This document shows, one piece after another, positions 6,385 through 13,626 of a DNA stretch of 16,215 nucleotides (position 1 is its first letter; each line of letters opens with the position of its first letter). Location of the stretch: the IMG/VR virus record IMGVR_UViG_3300017978_000218, positions 1 through 16,215 of that record. The stretch is one strand, 5' to 3'. This DNA comes from a virus. A model generated the notes under the pieces. That model had not been told where the DNA came from and searched no databases. It saw only the letters and a list, made by a program, of their open reading frames with translations. The translations under genes and the position numbers were made by a program.

Positions 6385-7905
6385 CTAAGCGGTTACGTCT
6401 AGCTTGACGATAGCGCCTAGGCGTGGGGCGGTGATAGCCATGTAGCCATACACGCTGACCGAGTCGGTCAAGGTGGTGATGTCACCATCGGTTAGGCGAA
6501 CTGGAGCGCCAGCGGACTCGTGAGTCGCGATAGCGGTGCTGTTTGCCATGTAGACAACGCCAGTGCCGATTGCTGGGTCCACGATGATTGGAAGACCAAA
6601 GATGGAGCCAGATAGACCTGGAATGTTTACAGCGCCAACGGTGTTCATGCCATCGCCGTTAGAGGAGAAAGCCAAACGACCGTCAGAAGCAGCAACCTTA
6701 GCAAGCTTCACGTAGCCGTCAGTTCCGGTGAGAATGAACTCTGGGCGTAGACCGCTGTTGGTGTAGATGTAGGCGGTTGCGTTAGCGATACCCTCAGCTA
6801 GGGAGCTTGGGGTGCCTCCGTCAGCGTCAAATACCTTGCCAGTCCAGGTTAGACCGTCTAGGTAGTTCACTAGAGCAGTGTTGGTGGTGTTTGCGTAAGC
6901 AAGCGATAGACCGCGGAAGACCTCGTTCAAGGTGTTGATCGAAGCACGCTCAACATACTGGCGAGAGAAGCTGGTGTAACCGCCGTAGGTAGTTACTGGA
7001 GCAGTAACGGTCTCGAAGGTTAGGTTACCGAAGCTTAGAGCCTCGTTCTCTGGGTCCTGAACGCCAACAGCCAAAGTGTTGCTGTCAATCTGCGCGTATT
7101 CAACAGTCAAGCCAGAAGTAGGCAGAGCGGTGCGCGAGAAAGCCGAAACGGTTGGGCGGTTGTTGTTGATTAGGGTATCCACGTAGCCAATGAAAGCTGG
7201 TAGAAGTGCTGCGTCACCGGAGTCAGAAGCGGTGCGAGCAAGCTGCTTTGCGTCTTCGTCACCCTTTAGAAGTGCCTTAGCGAATTCAGCCTGGCTGCGA
7301 ATGTGTGAAGCAACTGGTGCTGGTGCTGCTGGGGTAAGTCCTGCCTCTACAACGCGGCGCAATTCTGCCACCTCGTCAATAACAGAACGAACCTCAAGTT
7401 CCATGTTCTCAGACATAGTTCTCTTTTCTTGGTCGTTGTCGGGTTCTAGATCAGCAGCTACCTGCTCCTCGCGAACCTCGGTTATGTTTGCGCCTGCGAA
7501 GGCTGGGAATGGCACGACAGACACCTCTTTTAGAGATACCTTCGTGCGTGTAATCGTTGAGCCATCTTTCGCGGATTCAACCGGAATGAAGCCCACCGAA
7601 AACTTGTTTAGAACGCCGTCACGCATGAGGGTAAGCACTTCGTTACCCTTAGCGGTGTCAGAAACTTTAGCGACAATCTCGAAGCCAGCTTCGGTGTCCC
7701 TGCCCTCTACGACCTTGCCAATTGGCTCCTCGTGTCCGTAGAACAGTTTCACATCTTCAACTGAGTCAATAGCACCTGGGGCGAAGCGCTCCTGATACAT
7801 GCCACCGATGTCAGCGCTCTGCCCGTAAGGAACAGCAAGTCCGACAATGGTGCGCTCCTCTAGATCAGCGCGAGCCTCAAAGCTCCTAGTTTCGATTTCA
7901 GACAT
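6385..7905 (-). CDS. Fused prohead protease - scaffold/delta linker - HK97-fold major capsid protein
   Basis: 506 aa. ATG 7905..7903 overlaps the portal stop by 8 nt. The first ~150 aa carry HK97 prohead protease (S78/U35)-like motifs (LFYGHEEPIGKV, KFSVGFIP...LKEVSVVPFPAF). Residues ~150-215 are acidic and coiled-coil-like (EEQVAADLEPDNDQEKR...ELEVRSVIDEVAELRRVVEAG). The remaining ~290 aa are of capsid size and composition. There is no separate protease or scaffold gene. Confidence 0.8.
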   Translation of the reverse strand: MSEIETRSFEARADLEERTIVGLAVPYGQSADIGGMYQERFAPGAIDSVEDVKLFYGHEEPIGKVVEGRDTEAGFEIVAKVSDTAKGNEVLTLMRDGVLNKFSVGFIPVESAKDGSTITRTKVSLKEVSVVPFPAFAGANITEVREEQVAADLEPDNDQEKRTMSENMELEVRSVIDEVAELRRVVEAGLTPAAPAPVASHIRSQAEFAKALLKGDEDAKQLARTASDSGDAALLPAFIGYVDTLINNNRPTVSAFSRTALPTSGLTVEYAQIDSNTLAVGVQDPENEALSFGNLTFETVTAPVTTYGGYTSFSRQYVERASINTLNEVFRGLSLAYANTTNTALVNYLDGLTWTGKVFDADGGTPSSLAEGIANATAYIYTNSGLRPEFILTGTDGYVKLAKVAASDGRLAFSSNGDGMNTVGAVNIPGLSGSIFGLPIIVDPAIGTGVVYMANSTAIATHESAGAPVRLTDGDITTLTDSVSVYGYMAITAPRLGAIVKLDVTA

Positions 7906-8980
7906 TCAAGCCCTCTTTCTCTCGGACTTCCTCAGCAGACAAGAAGCCAGCTGCGATTCCGGTTGCGTAGTAGTTGTAGCGAGTTGCCACGTCAGCGCGG
8001 AATAGGTGAGCATAGTCAAACTCGACCCTGGTTCCTCTAGGCAAGCAGTTGCTTAGTGCGTCAGTGATTGCGTCTGTGTAGTTCATCAAAGTGTGGCGGT
8101 AGAAGACCTGATTCTCGTCTTGAAGATTTGTATAAGTATCAGAGCCGCCTGGAACAGTAGTAATGAGCAGACGAGCAGGAATACCAAAAAGACGAGCAAT
8201 AGAAACAGTGTTCTGCTCAACAATGTCAGTAAAAAGGGCTTCACGTGGAGAGAGAGCCACTTGCTGATAATCGAAACCATTACCGAGGACCGCAATCTGT
8301 CTGTTCTGTTGCTTGTTGTGCCAGTTGTTAGTAACTGTATCCGCTTGCTCGGCATTTAGGGCTTGATTGGTTTTCAGGATACCTGTTGGGACTCCTGCCG
8401 AAGTGAACCAATTCTTGGCATAATCTCTTAGATCAAGAGCAGCGGATACATCTGAGCGACAGACCTCAATAGGCGAGAGTCCTCGCAGGTTTCCGGTCTT
8501 GCTGAAAAGCTTTAGGTGTTCAATCTCTGTGGTGGTGTAGGTCTTGCCCATGTAAGAGTAGACAACGCCCTTGGTGATGTCCTGAGAGTCCCTGTAAGCC
8601 ACGCTAACGGCAGAAGCAGGCAAGATGGTGAGGTTGTTTACCTGACCGTTGCTGCCGTAGTTCTTGAACCAAAAGGCATTGCCCTCGAGTGCCAGGCTAG
8701 TGACAGTCTGGAATAGGAAGTCGCGCCTGTTGCTGTTGATGTCTGGCTTATTGACTAGAACGGGGTTCTCAATCTTTAGCTCGATACCGGTAGCAAAGCG
8801 ATAAGTGTCAATCGGCATTTTGCTAATCGGGGTTGCGATGATCTGGACCGCGCGATAAACAGCCGTTAGGGTCAGCGCAGTGTCAGCGGTAACGACCGCA
8901 GCCGAGCGAGTGGGAACAGTAGGTTGAGCCGCGCGAGTTTGTGTTTCCTCGCCGAAAATTCTTTGCCAAAGGGAAGCCAT
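7898..8980 (-). CDS. Portal protein (HK97-family)
   Basis: 360 aa. ATG 8980..8978 has AGGAAC upstream. It lies between the large terminase and the capsid gene, and its size and sequence character fit small HK97-type portals. Confidence 0.75.
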   Translation of the reverse strand: MASLWQRIFGEETQTRAAQPTVPTRSAAVVTADTALTLTAVYRAVQIIATPISKMPIDTYRFATGIELKIENPVLVNKPDINSNRRDFLFQTVTSLALEGNAFWFKNYGSNGQVNNLTILPASAVSVAYRDSQDITKGVVYSYMGKTYTTTEIEHLKLFSKTGNLRGLSPIEVCRSDVSAALDLRDYAKNWFTSAGVPTGILKTNQALNAEQADTVTNNWHNKQQNRQIAVLGNGFDYQQVALSPREALFTDIVEQNTVSIARLFGIPARLLITTVPGGSDTYTNLQDENQVFYRHTLMNYTDAITDALSNCLPRGTRVEFDYAHLFRADVATRYNYYATGIAAGFLSAEEVREKEGLNV

Positions 8981-9009
8981 AAGTTCCTAGTCTAAGCGCA
9001 ATACGACAA

Positions 9010-10446
9010 TTAGAATACACCAATCGCAGCGTGTTCCGCTCTTGAACTCACGTATAAACTCATAACGGTTGCCATGAGTGCGTCAATCTCTCCCAGTGAC
9101 TCTTTGCGACTAATGAACCAACTCTCGCCTGAATACTTGGCAATTCCGCGTGGTGATTGAACGATTAGTAACGGGTCGTTGTTGTGTTTGGCTTCACCGT
9201 TGGCAAACATCGAGTAGACAACCGAGCAAGCTGCGCTGATCTCTTTAGTCCACAACTGCCAAACTGGGAAGCCTGCCATCTTCAATCTTTTACCCAAGTT
9301 AGTTAGCCCTCTATCGTCAAGAGCGATTGCCCTCGGTGCGTAGCGGTGATGTAGCTCCACTAGCGCATTGAATAGCTGAGTTTCGTTAGGTTGAACGAAT
9401 GTCCTGACTAGCTCGGTGTGATGTTCCTCGCCAACCTGGTTAGCAAAGGCGATGGTGGCATGTTCCCAGTTCTTGCTAATGTCCACCGCGAAGACTCCGC
9501 CCTCTTGGGGGATTGAGAGCTTATCTCCTGCCTTGCGGAAAGTGTCCGAAGGTATCCAGCTCGAAGCAGTGCCAGAGATGAACTGGTTGAGTCGGTAACG
9601 GCGTGCTTCATGTTCTGGGATTGTCTTTAGATCAGAGAGAACATTGTCGAGCGACAGTCTGCCTGCGCTGATTGAGGGATTAGCTGCCTTGAGTGCGTCA
9701 GGGTCATCAACCTTTGCGTGCTGAGGTGCTTCCCAGCAGAAGAAGCCAAAGCGTTCCAGCTCGGCGTCACCGGAAGCTGCGCTCTGTCCGGTCTTGTAAA
9801 GGTCAAGCAGGGTTTCGCTGTTCTGGTCCCCTGCGGTTGTAATCCCGATAACAATGCCGTCTTCGCGCTGGGCTGTTCCCAATACGGCAGCACTCCACAT
9901 TCCCTTTTTAGCCAGGTGAAGTTCGTCAAACAAACAGAGCGAAATAGGGATACCTTGGAGCGCTCCTTCTTTGGCTGGCTTCACGTCATAGCGACCTGTG
10001 CCGTCAGCGGTGACAATGCCTCTGGACTCCGAAGCCTTTTTGAAGCGCTTGCTCAGGAATTGGTTGCTTTGAATTACGAACAGCACTCGGTTGTAAATAA
10101 TGCGAGCTTGGTCAATGCTCGAAGCCAGGCTGATTACCGAAGCACCGGAACGCTGGTGTAGCAACAGACCGTAGACACCGATGATGGCAGCAAGCAGGGA
10201 CTTTCCGTTCTGCCTGCCCATAGACACTACGACTTGTCTGTATCTCAGTTGCCCGGCATTTGGGTGTCCCTCGGGGTAGCGCTCGAGCAAGTGCCTGAGC
10301 AACCACTCCTGCCATTCGTCAAGCTGTAAGCCCTCTGGGAGTTCTGGGGATTTCCAAGCGACCCTAACCAACTCAACGAGCTTATCTCCGTCTGTCGGAA
10401 AGTTCTCGGAGAGCGGTTGCGTGTAGATCGCAGGGAGTTGGAGCAT
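9010..10446 (-). CDS. terL: Terminase large subunit
   Basis: 478 aa with Walker A-like GRQNGKS, Walker B-like LCLFDELH and a C-terminal nuclease-size domain. ATG 10446..10444 overlaps the upstream TAA (TAATG). Confidence 0.85.
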   Translation of the reverse strand: MLQLPAIYTQPLSENFPTDGDKLVELVRVAWKSPELPEGLQLDEWQEWLLRHLLERYPEGHPNAGQLRYRQVVVSMGRQNGKSLLAAIIGVYGLLLHQRSGASVISLASSIDQARIIYNRVLFVIQSNQFLSKRFKKASESRGIVTADGTGRYDVKPAKEGALQGIPISLCLFDELHLAKKGMWSAAVLGTAQREDGIVIGITTAGDQNSETLLDLYKTGQSAASGDAELERFGFFCWEAPQHAKVDDPDALKAANPSISAGRLSLDNVLSDLKTIPEHEARRYRLNQFISGTASSWIPSDTFRKAGDKLSIPQEGGVFAVDISKNWEHATIAFANQVGEEHHTELVRTFVQPNETQLFNALVELHHRYAPRAIALDDRGLTNLGKRLKMAGFPVWQLWTKEISAACSVVYSMFANGEAKHNNDPLLIVQSPRGIAKYSGESWFISRKESLGEIDALMATVMSLYVSSRAEHAAIGVF

Positions 10447-10664
10447 TAGCGCGTCAGTAGTTCTTCAATCGGGTCAAACTCAATTGCCTGGGCTGTTAGC
10501 TGGCGTGAGAGTTCCAGGATTGTCTTGCGAAGCTCAGCTGCGGTGCTGGTGTGAGGGTTTTCATCGAAGCTTCTTGCCAAGGCGAGGGCTAAGCCTGCGA
10601 TTACTTTTTGTTCAAGCCCAAGCTCGATGTCTTTGAGCCAGTTCTTTAGGTGTTCTTCTATCAT
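10446..10664 (-). CDS. terS: Terminase small subunit candidate
   Basis: 72-aa helical protein directly upstream of terL and translationally coupled to it, and the first gene after the large intergenic region. The LALARSFDE......AAELRKTILEL...DPIEELL pattern resembles short actinophage small terminases as I recall them. Confidence 0.45.
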   Translation of the reverse strand: MIEEHLKNWLKDIELGLEQKVIAGLALALARSFDENPHTSTAAELRKTILELSRQLTAQAIEFDPIEELLTR

Positions 10665-10831
10665 TCGGTTCTAACCTCGGATAATTTCATTCGTGCGTGA
10701 AAAAGAAAGTGCTTGCGCGGGATTCCGCGTGGCTCTAGAAAAAAGCCCGGGGTGGTCTTGCGTGTCTTCCTGCGACCTTCGCATGCTTTCCTCGCTTGCT
10801 CTTTCTTACCAAGCTAATGATAAGTAGTTCT
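10665..10831 (-). other. Largest GC-normal intergenic region; probable cos / packaging site and late promoter region
   Basis: 167 nt between the HNH gene and terS. The HNH-cos-terS-terL order is the usual arrangement in HK97-like cos phages. It contains a 5-bp hairpin (cgcgg gatt ccgcg, 10716-10729) and the palindrome CCCGGG beside an A6/T6 run (10739-10752). The actual ends cannot be read from sequence alone. Confidence 0.35.
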
Positions 10832-11086
10832 CTAGCTCCAGCGTGGCGAGCGCCAAGCCTGCCTGATAATGGTTCGGTCTTGCTTTCTGCCGTTACACGA
10901 TCTACATAACGATTGAAGATTGCTAATGTCATGGTTCGGTTCTCCTTCTCCTGGCGGTGTGATGTGGTCAATTGTCCAATCCCCCCCCACTAATTCTTTG
11001 GAGCAGATTACGCAAACAGGTTCGAGAATAGTCTTCGCATAGGCTCTAGCCTTTGCCCATTCCCTACTGCTGTGCCACTCTGCCAT
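10832..11086 (-). CDS. HNH endonuclease (terminase-associated)
   Basis: 84 aa containing CVIC....DWTIDHITP......NHDISNLQSLCRSCNGRK, a classic HNH/zinc-finger motif set. It sits immediately upstream of the cos/terminase region. Confidence 0.85.
   Translation of the reverse strand: MAEWHSSREWAKARAYAKTILEPVCVICSKELVGGDWTIDHITPPGEGEPNHDISNLQSLCRSCNGRKQDRTIIRQAWRSPRWS
10981..10988 (-). repeat. C8/G8 homopolymer inside the HNH coding sequence
   Basis: Plus strand cccccccc at 10981-10988 encodes V-G-G-D (gtg ggg ggg gat). It is the longest G/C homopolymer I noticed in the window. Confidence 0.9.
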
Positions 11087-11096
11087 AAGTTATAAC

Positions 11097-11303
11097 TTAT
11101 CTCTTGTTGTTCTTGCTGCGTAGGTTGCTCATGTCAATGGCTGTAACGCCTAGCTCCGAGAGCATGGCGAGAATGATCGCGCCGAATACCCAAGCAAGTA
11201 GCAATAGGGTTAGCCAGGGCACGAATGTGTATAGAGCATAGGCAAGAGCGTGAGCGCCTACGATACCGGCTGCGATGATTAGTGCTGCTAGAAAGTCCTT
11301 CAT
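11097..11303 (-). CDS. Small membrane protein (two predicted TM helices)
   Basis: 68 aa. ATG 11303..11301 has GAAAGGGAAAG upstream. Two hydrophobic stretches (FLAALIIAAGIVGAHALAYALY and LTLLLLAWVFGAIILAML) are followed by a basic C-terminus (RSKNNKR). Confidence 0.5.
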   Translation of the reverse strand: MKDFLAALIIAAGIVGAHALAYALYTFVPWLTLLLLAWVFGAIILAMLSELGVTAIDMSNLRSKNNKR

Positions 11304-11331
11304 AACTTTCCCTTTCTGTGTAAGGTGCTAA

Positions 11332-12486
11332 TTAGCTTAGTGTAAATACTGAGCCTGTAAAGTGTTTTTCTCTTTCAAGCTCGAAGCAAGTCAATCCAGG
11401 TAATGACTCTGAGCCAGAATTCAAGCGATACCAACTCGACCCGTTGTCCATCGTTTTGCCCTGTATCCAATAGCGTGAGCCTCCATTAGCGTGCTGTCCC
11501 AGCTCTTGAACGCGGAGATGGTGGAAGTGTCCGGTAAGCCCGATAGAAGCAGCAGCAACTGGTTGATTACCAAAGGTCTGCTTTTCCCACCATGTAGGCA
11601 CTCCCTCTGGGCGGTTGCTCTGGTGTCCATGCCAAAGCCCCAGAATGTGAAATCCATCACCGAATACATCATGAGCCAGGCTCTCGTCTTGCGCGTGAGG
11701 GACTAGGACATCAACACCGAGGTCTGTTTCGTCACTTAGGCGCTTGATTTGCTTCGCGATCATAACGCCCCAATCGTCTTGCCCAACTAGACCGACTTGT
11801 TGCCCGTTGAGTCTGAACTGACAGTGATTGCTTGCGACAGTTGCGAATGATACGGCGCTGTATTTCGCCACTCGCTTTACTAGGTCCCAGAGCAGGGTTA
11901 TTGCTAAATCTACCTGGTTCATTTGGCTTAGGTTGTTGGTGTAGGTCTGTTGAGTGCTGGCTTTGTTGTAAAAGCCCTCAATCAAGTCCCCCATTTCAGC
12001 CAGAATGACTTTTGCGTATTTCCCTCGCTTCACCTGGCGCTCTACTGAGTCGAAGGCTGCGAAGATACGCTCTAGTTGCTCCTGTAATCCTCCGCGACTG
12101 TCAGTCTTCCCCAACTGAAAGTCAGCAAGCATTACCACTAGCACTTTGTCAAAGCTGGTGATTACAGGTTGCTTCGGGAGTCGCTTTCTGGCTTCTTTGT
12201 AGATCAGCTCAAGTTGCTTTTCAGGTTGTCTTAGGCGGAAGTTGAACCGATAGCTGGTTAGCCAATCTCCGTCATACTTCTGCCATCTTGAGGTCCTGGG
12301 GTTTCCGTAAACTTCGTATTTCTGGGAGTCAAAGCCTTGAAGCTCTAGAAACTCCTCGAAGTTGGGAGCTGTGTCACCCGGTATTGCTGGGGTTACTGCC
12401 CAACCCTCTTGTCCGTCAAACTCTAGAGCTGGGCGGAAGTCTTTTGGTGCTTCAATCTTTGGTGCTGGATTTAGATTTTCGAGCAT
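11332..12486 (-). CDS. Calcineurin-like metallophosphoesterase (Mre11/SbcD-like) with an uncharacterised ~110-aa N-terminal region
   Basis: Motifs appear in canonical order: VVMLADFQLG (motif I, with Q where DxH has H), MGDLIEG (GD), VASNHCQ (NH), LWHGHQ (H) and LTGHFHH (GHxH). I prefer ATG 12486..12484 (MLENLNP...) over the track's TTG at 12492. It overlaps the upstream HTH gene by 16 nt. Confidence 0.6.
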   Translation of the reverse strand: MLENLNPAPKIEAPKDFRPALEFDGQEGWAVTPAIPGDTAPNFEEFLELQGFDSQKYEVYGNPRTSRWQKYDGDWLTSYRFNFRLRQPEKQLELIYKEARKRLPKQPVITSFDKVLVVMLADFQLGKTDSRGGLQEQLERIFAAFDSVERQVKRGKYAKVILAEMGDLIEGFYNKASTQQTYTNNLSQMNQVDLAITLLWDLVKRVAKYSAVSFATVASNHCQFRLNGQQVGLVGQDDWGVMIAKQIKRLSDETDLGVDVLVPHAQDESLAHDVFGDGFHILGLWHGHQSNRPEGVPTWWEKQTFGNQPVAAASIGLTGHFHHLRVQELGQHANGGSRYWIQGKTMDNGSSWYRLNSGSESLPGLTCFELEREKHFTGSVFTLS

Positions 12487-12695
12487 GAGCAAAGTCCGGT
12501 GCGGTGCCTGGCGATTGCGGTATCAGACAGAGTTACGCCAACATTACGCAGCGCTTTCTCTAGGGTTTTGTGTCCGATACTGAAATCGCAAAGGTTAGAC
12601 ATCAGGATTTCACGATCAGCTTCGCTTAGCGTTTCCCAAAAACTGCGAACAGCGCAAGGGAATTTTCTCTTTGGGATTCTTAGAGCTTCTAGCAT
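12471..12695 (-). CDS. Small helix-turn-helix DNA-binding protein candidate
   Basis: 74 aa. ATG 12695..12693 has GGAAGGA upstream. The C-terminal GHKTLEKALRNVGVTLSDTAIARHRTGLCSC looks like an HTH followed by the RHR.G.C.C tail I recall in small actinophage DNA-binding proteins. Confidence 0.45.
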   Translation of the reverse strand: MLEALRIPKRKFPCAVRSFWETLSEADREILMSNLCDFSIGHKTLEKALRNVGVTLSDTAIARHRTGLCSCSKI

Positions 12696-12737
12696 TAGAT
12701 TCCTTCCTCTGTGTTGAATCTAAAGTAAAGGTTGAAA

Positions 12738-13160
12738 CTAGGACTCGGGTAAAGACTCGCCGAGGAACTTATGTAGGGTTATGAGGACTCCACGAGGTAA
12801 ACCCTCTGCCTCGTAGACCTTGTGAGCCACGATTTCGCAGATTTGACTATCGTCAGCGATAACACCTGCCTGGGTAGCAGCGTCACCGATTGCCCTTATG
12901 AGCTTGTCTAGATCAGGCTTCACGCTCGGCAAAGGTCGAACGTTGGTTTTCGGTCTAGGCATAAAGAAGATTGCTGTTAGGGATACAGCTCCGAGCATAG
13001 GTTCACAGCCCAGGTTAGCCTGCTCTAGCTTGTCTTGAACAAAAGCCCTCCATACCGGAAGATTTTTGTTGGCTTCGACCAAGACGCAGCGCCCTCCCCT
13101 GTTGTAGGCATTTTTAGAGCCTTGGGGTTGCGCTACGCCTGGCACGAATACCTGAATCAC
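12738..13160 (-). CDS. rusA: RusA-family Holliday junction resolvase
   Basis: Contains VPGVAQPQGSK...RPKT...KPDLDKLIRAIGDAATQAGVIADDSQI, typical of RusA. I place the start at GTG 13160..13158 (VIQVFVPG...), which overlaps the TGA of the upstream 46-aa ORF (GTGA). The track's TTG at 13220 would add an atypical 20-aa leader that overlaps that ORF. Confidence 0.75.
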   Translation of the reverse strand: MIQVFVPGVAQPQGSKNAYNRGGRCVLVEANKNLPVWRAFVQDKLEQANLGCEPMLGAVSLTAIFFMPRPKTNVRPLPSVKPDLDKLIRAIGDAATQAGVIADDSQICEIVAHKVYEAEGLPRGVLITLHKFLGESLPES

Positions 13161-13297
13161 ATTATGCCTTTGATAATCGCAATGACATTGTTTAGCGCGT
13201 AGCAGTCTGAATGGTCGCAACCTTTTTCGTAGTGATCGAAACAGATTCGCTTTTCGATGATTTCAATAATCTGCTCTGTGCTGATTCCTGATGTCAT
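13157..13297 (-). CDS. Untracked 46-aa Cys/His-rich ORF (possible small zinc-binding protein)
   Basis: My translation is MTSGISTEQIIEIIEKRICFDHYEKGCDHSDCYALNNVIAIIKGIM. ATG 13297..13295 shares TAATG with the SSB stop, and TGA 13159..13157 overlaps the RusA GTG. It fills the apparent gap between the two genes. C19, H22, C27, H29 and C32 are clustered. Confidence 0.4.
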   Translation of the reverse strand: MTSGISTEQIIEIIEKRICFDHYEKGCDHSDCYALNNVIAIIKGIM

Positions 13298-13626
13298 TAG
13301 AACGGCATTTCCTCGAAGGCTGCTTCGTTGCTTGCCTGCTGAGTCTTAGTAACAACCTTCTTTAGCTGAGCGTTCTGGAGGTGGTGTTCTACAACAATCT
13401 TCTTCTCGCCCTGCTTGTTGGTGTATTCGCCAATCTTGGTAGACAGTTCCCCAGTGATCTCTGCGAAGTCCTGCTCTTGTAGGTTGTCCGCCTGGGAGTC
13501 TGCGAACCAAGCTGTCCAAAGCCTGGAGTAATCCTTGCCATTAGCGTGAATGTTCTCCCAGACCGAGATACGCCTGCCCTCCCAGCCAATTGAGTTCACT
13601 TCTCCGCCAATTGTGATTAGTGCCAT
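13297..13626 (-). CDS. ssb: Single-stranded DNA-binding protein (short OB-fold SSB)
   Basis: 109 aa. ATG 13626..13624 has AGAGGAAA upstream. It is of OB-fold size, with a low-complexity linker and an acidic C-terminal tip (AAFEEMPF) that resembles the canonical SSB D-D-D-I-P-F tail. It lies within the recombination module. Confidence 0.6.
   Translation of the reverse strand: MALITIGGEVNSIGWEGRRISVWENIHANGKDYSRLWTAWFADSQADNLQEQDFAEITGELSTKIGEYTNKQGEKKIVVEHHLQNAQLKKVVTKTQQASNEAAFEEMPF

Noticed and set aside
10671-10784. A 37-codon ORF (MRRSQEDTQDHPGLFSRATRNPAQALSFSRTNEIIRG) in the cos spacer, with GAGGAAA 5 nt upstream of the ATG.
   Set aside because: It is short, polar and apparently unstructured, with no hydrophobic core or motif. 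It lies in the region expected to hold cos and the promoter. I note it here but do not call it a gene without conservation or expression data.
10735-10971. A 78-aa ORF overlapping the 3' half of the HNH gene and running into the cos spacer. I considered it as a possible frameshift product linked to the G8 run.
   Set aside because: It starts at a TTG downstream of the homopolymer and is very basic and low-complexity. Any shift into it would remove the HNH catalytic motifs. I see no evidence for a functional product.
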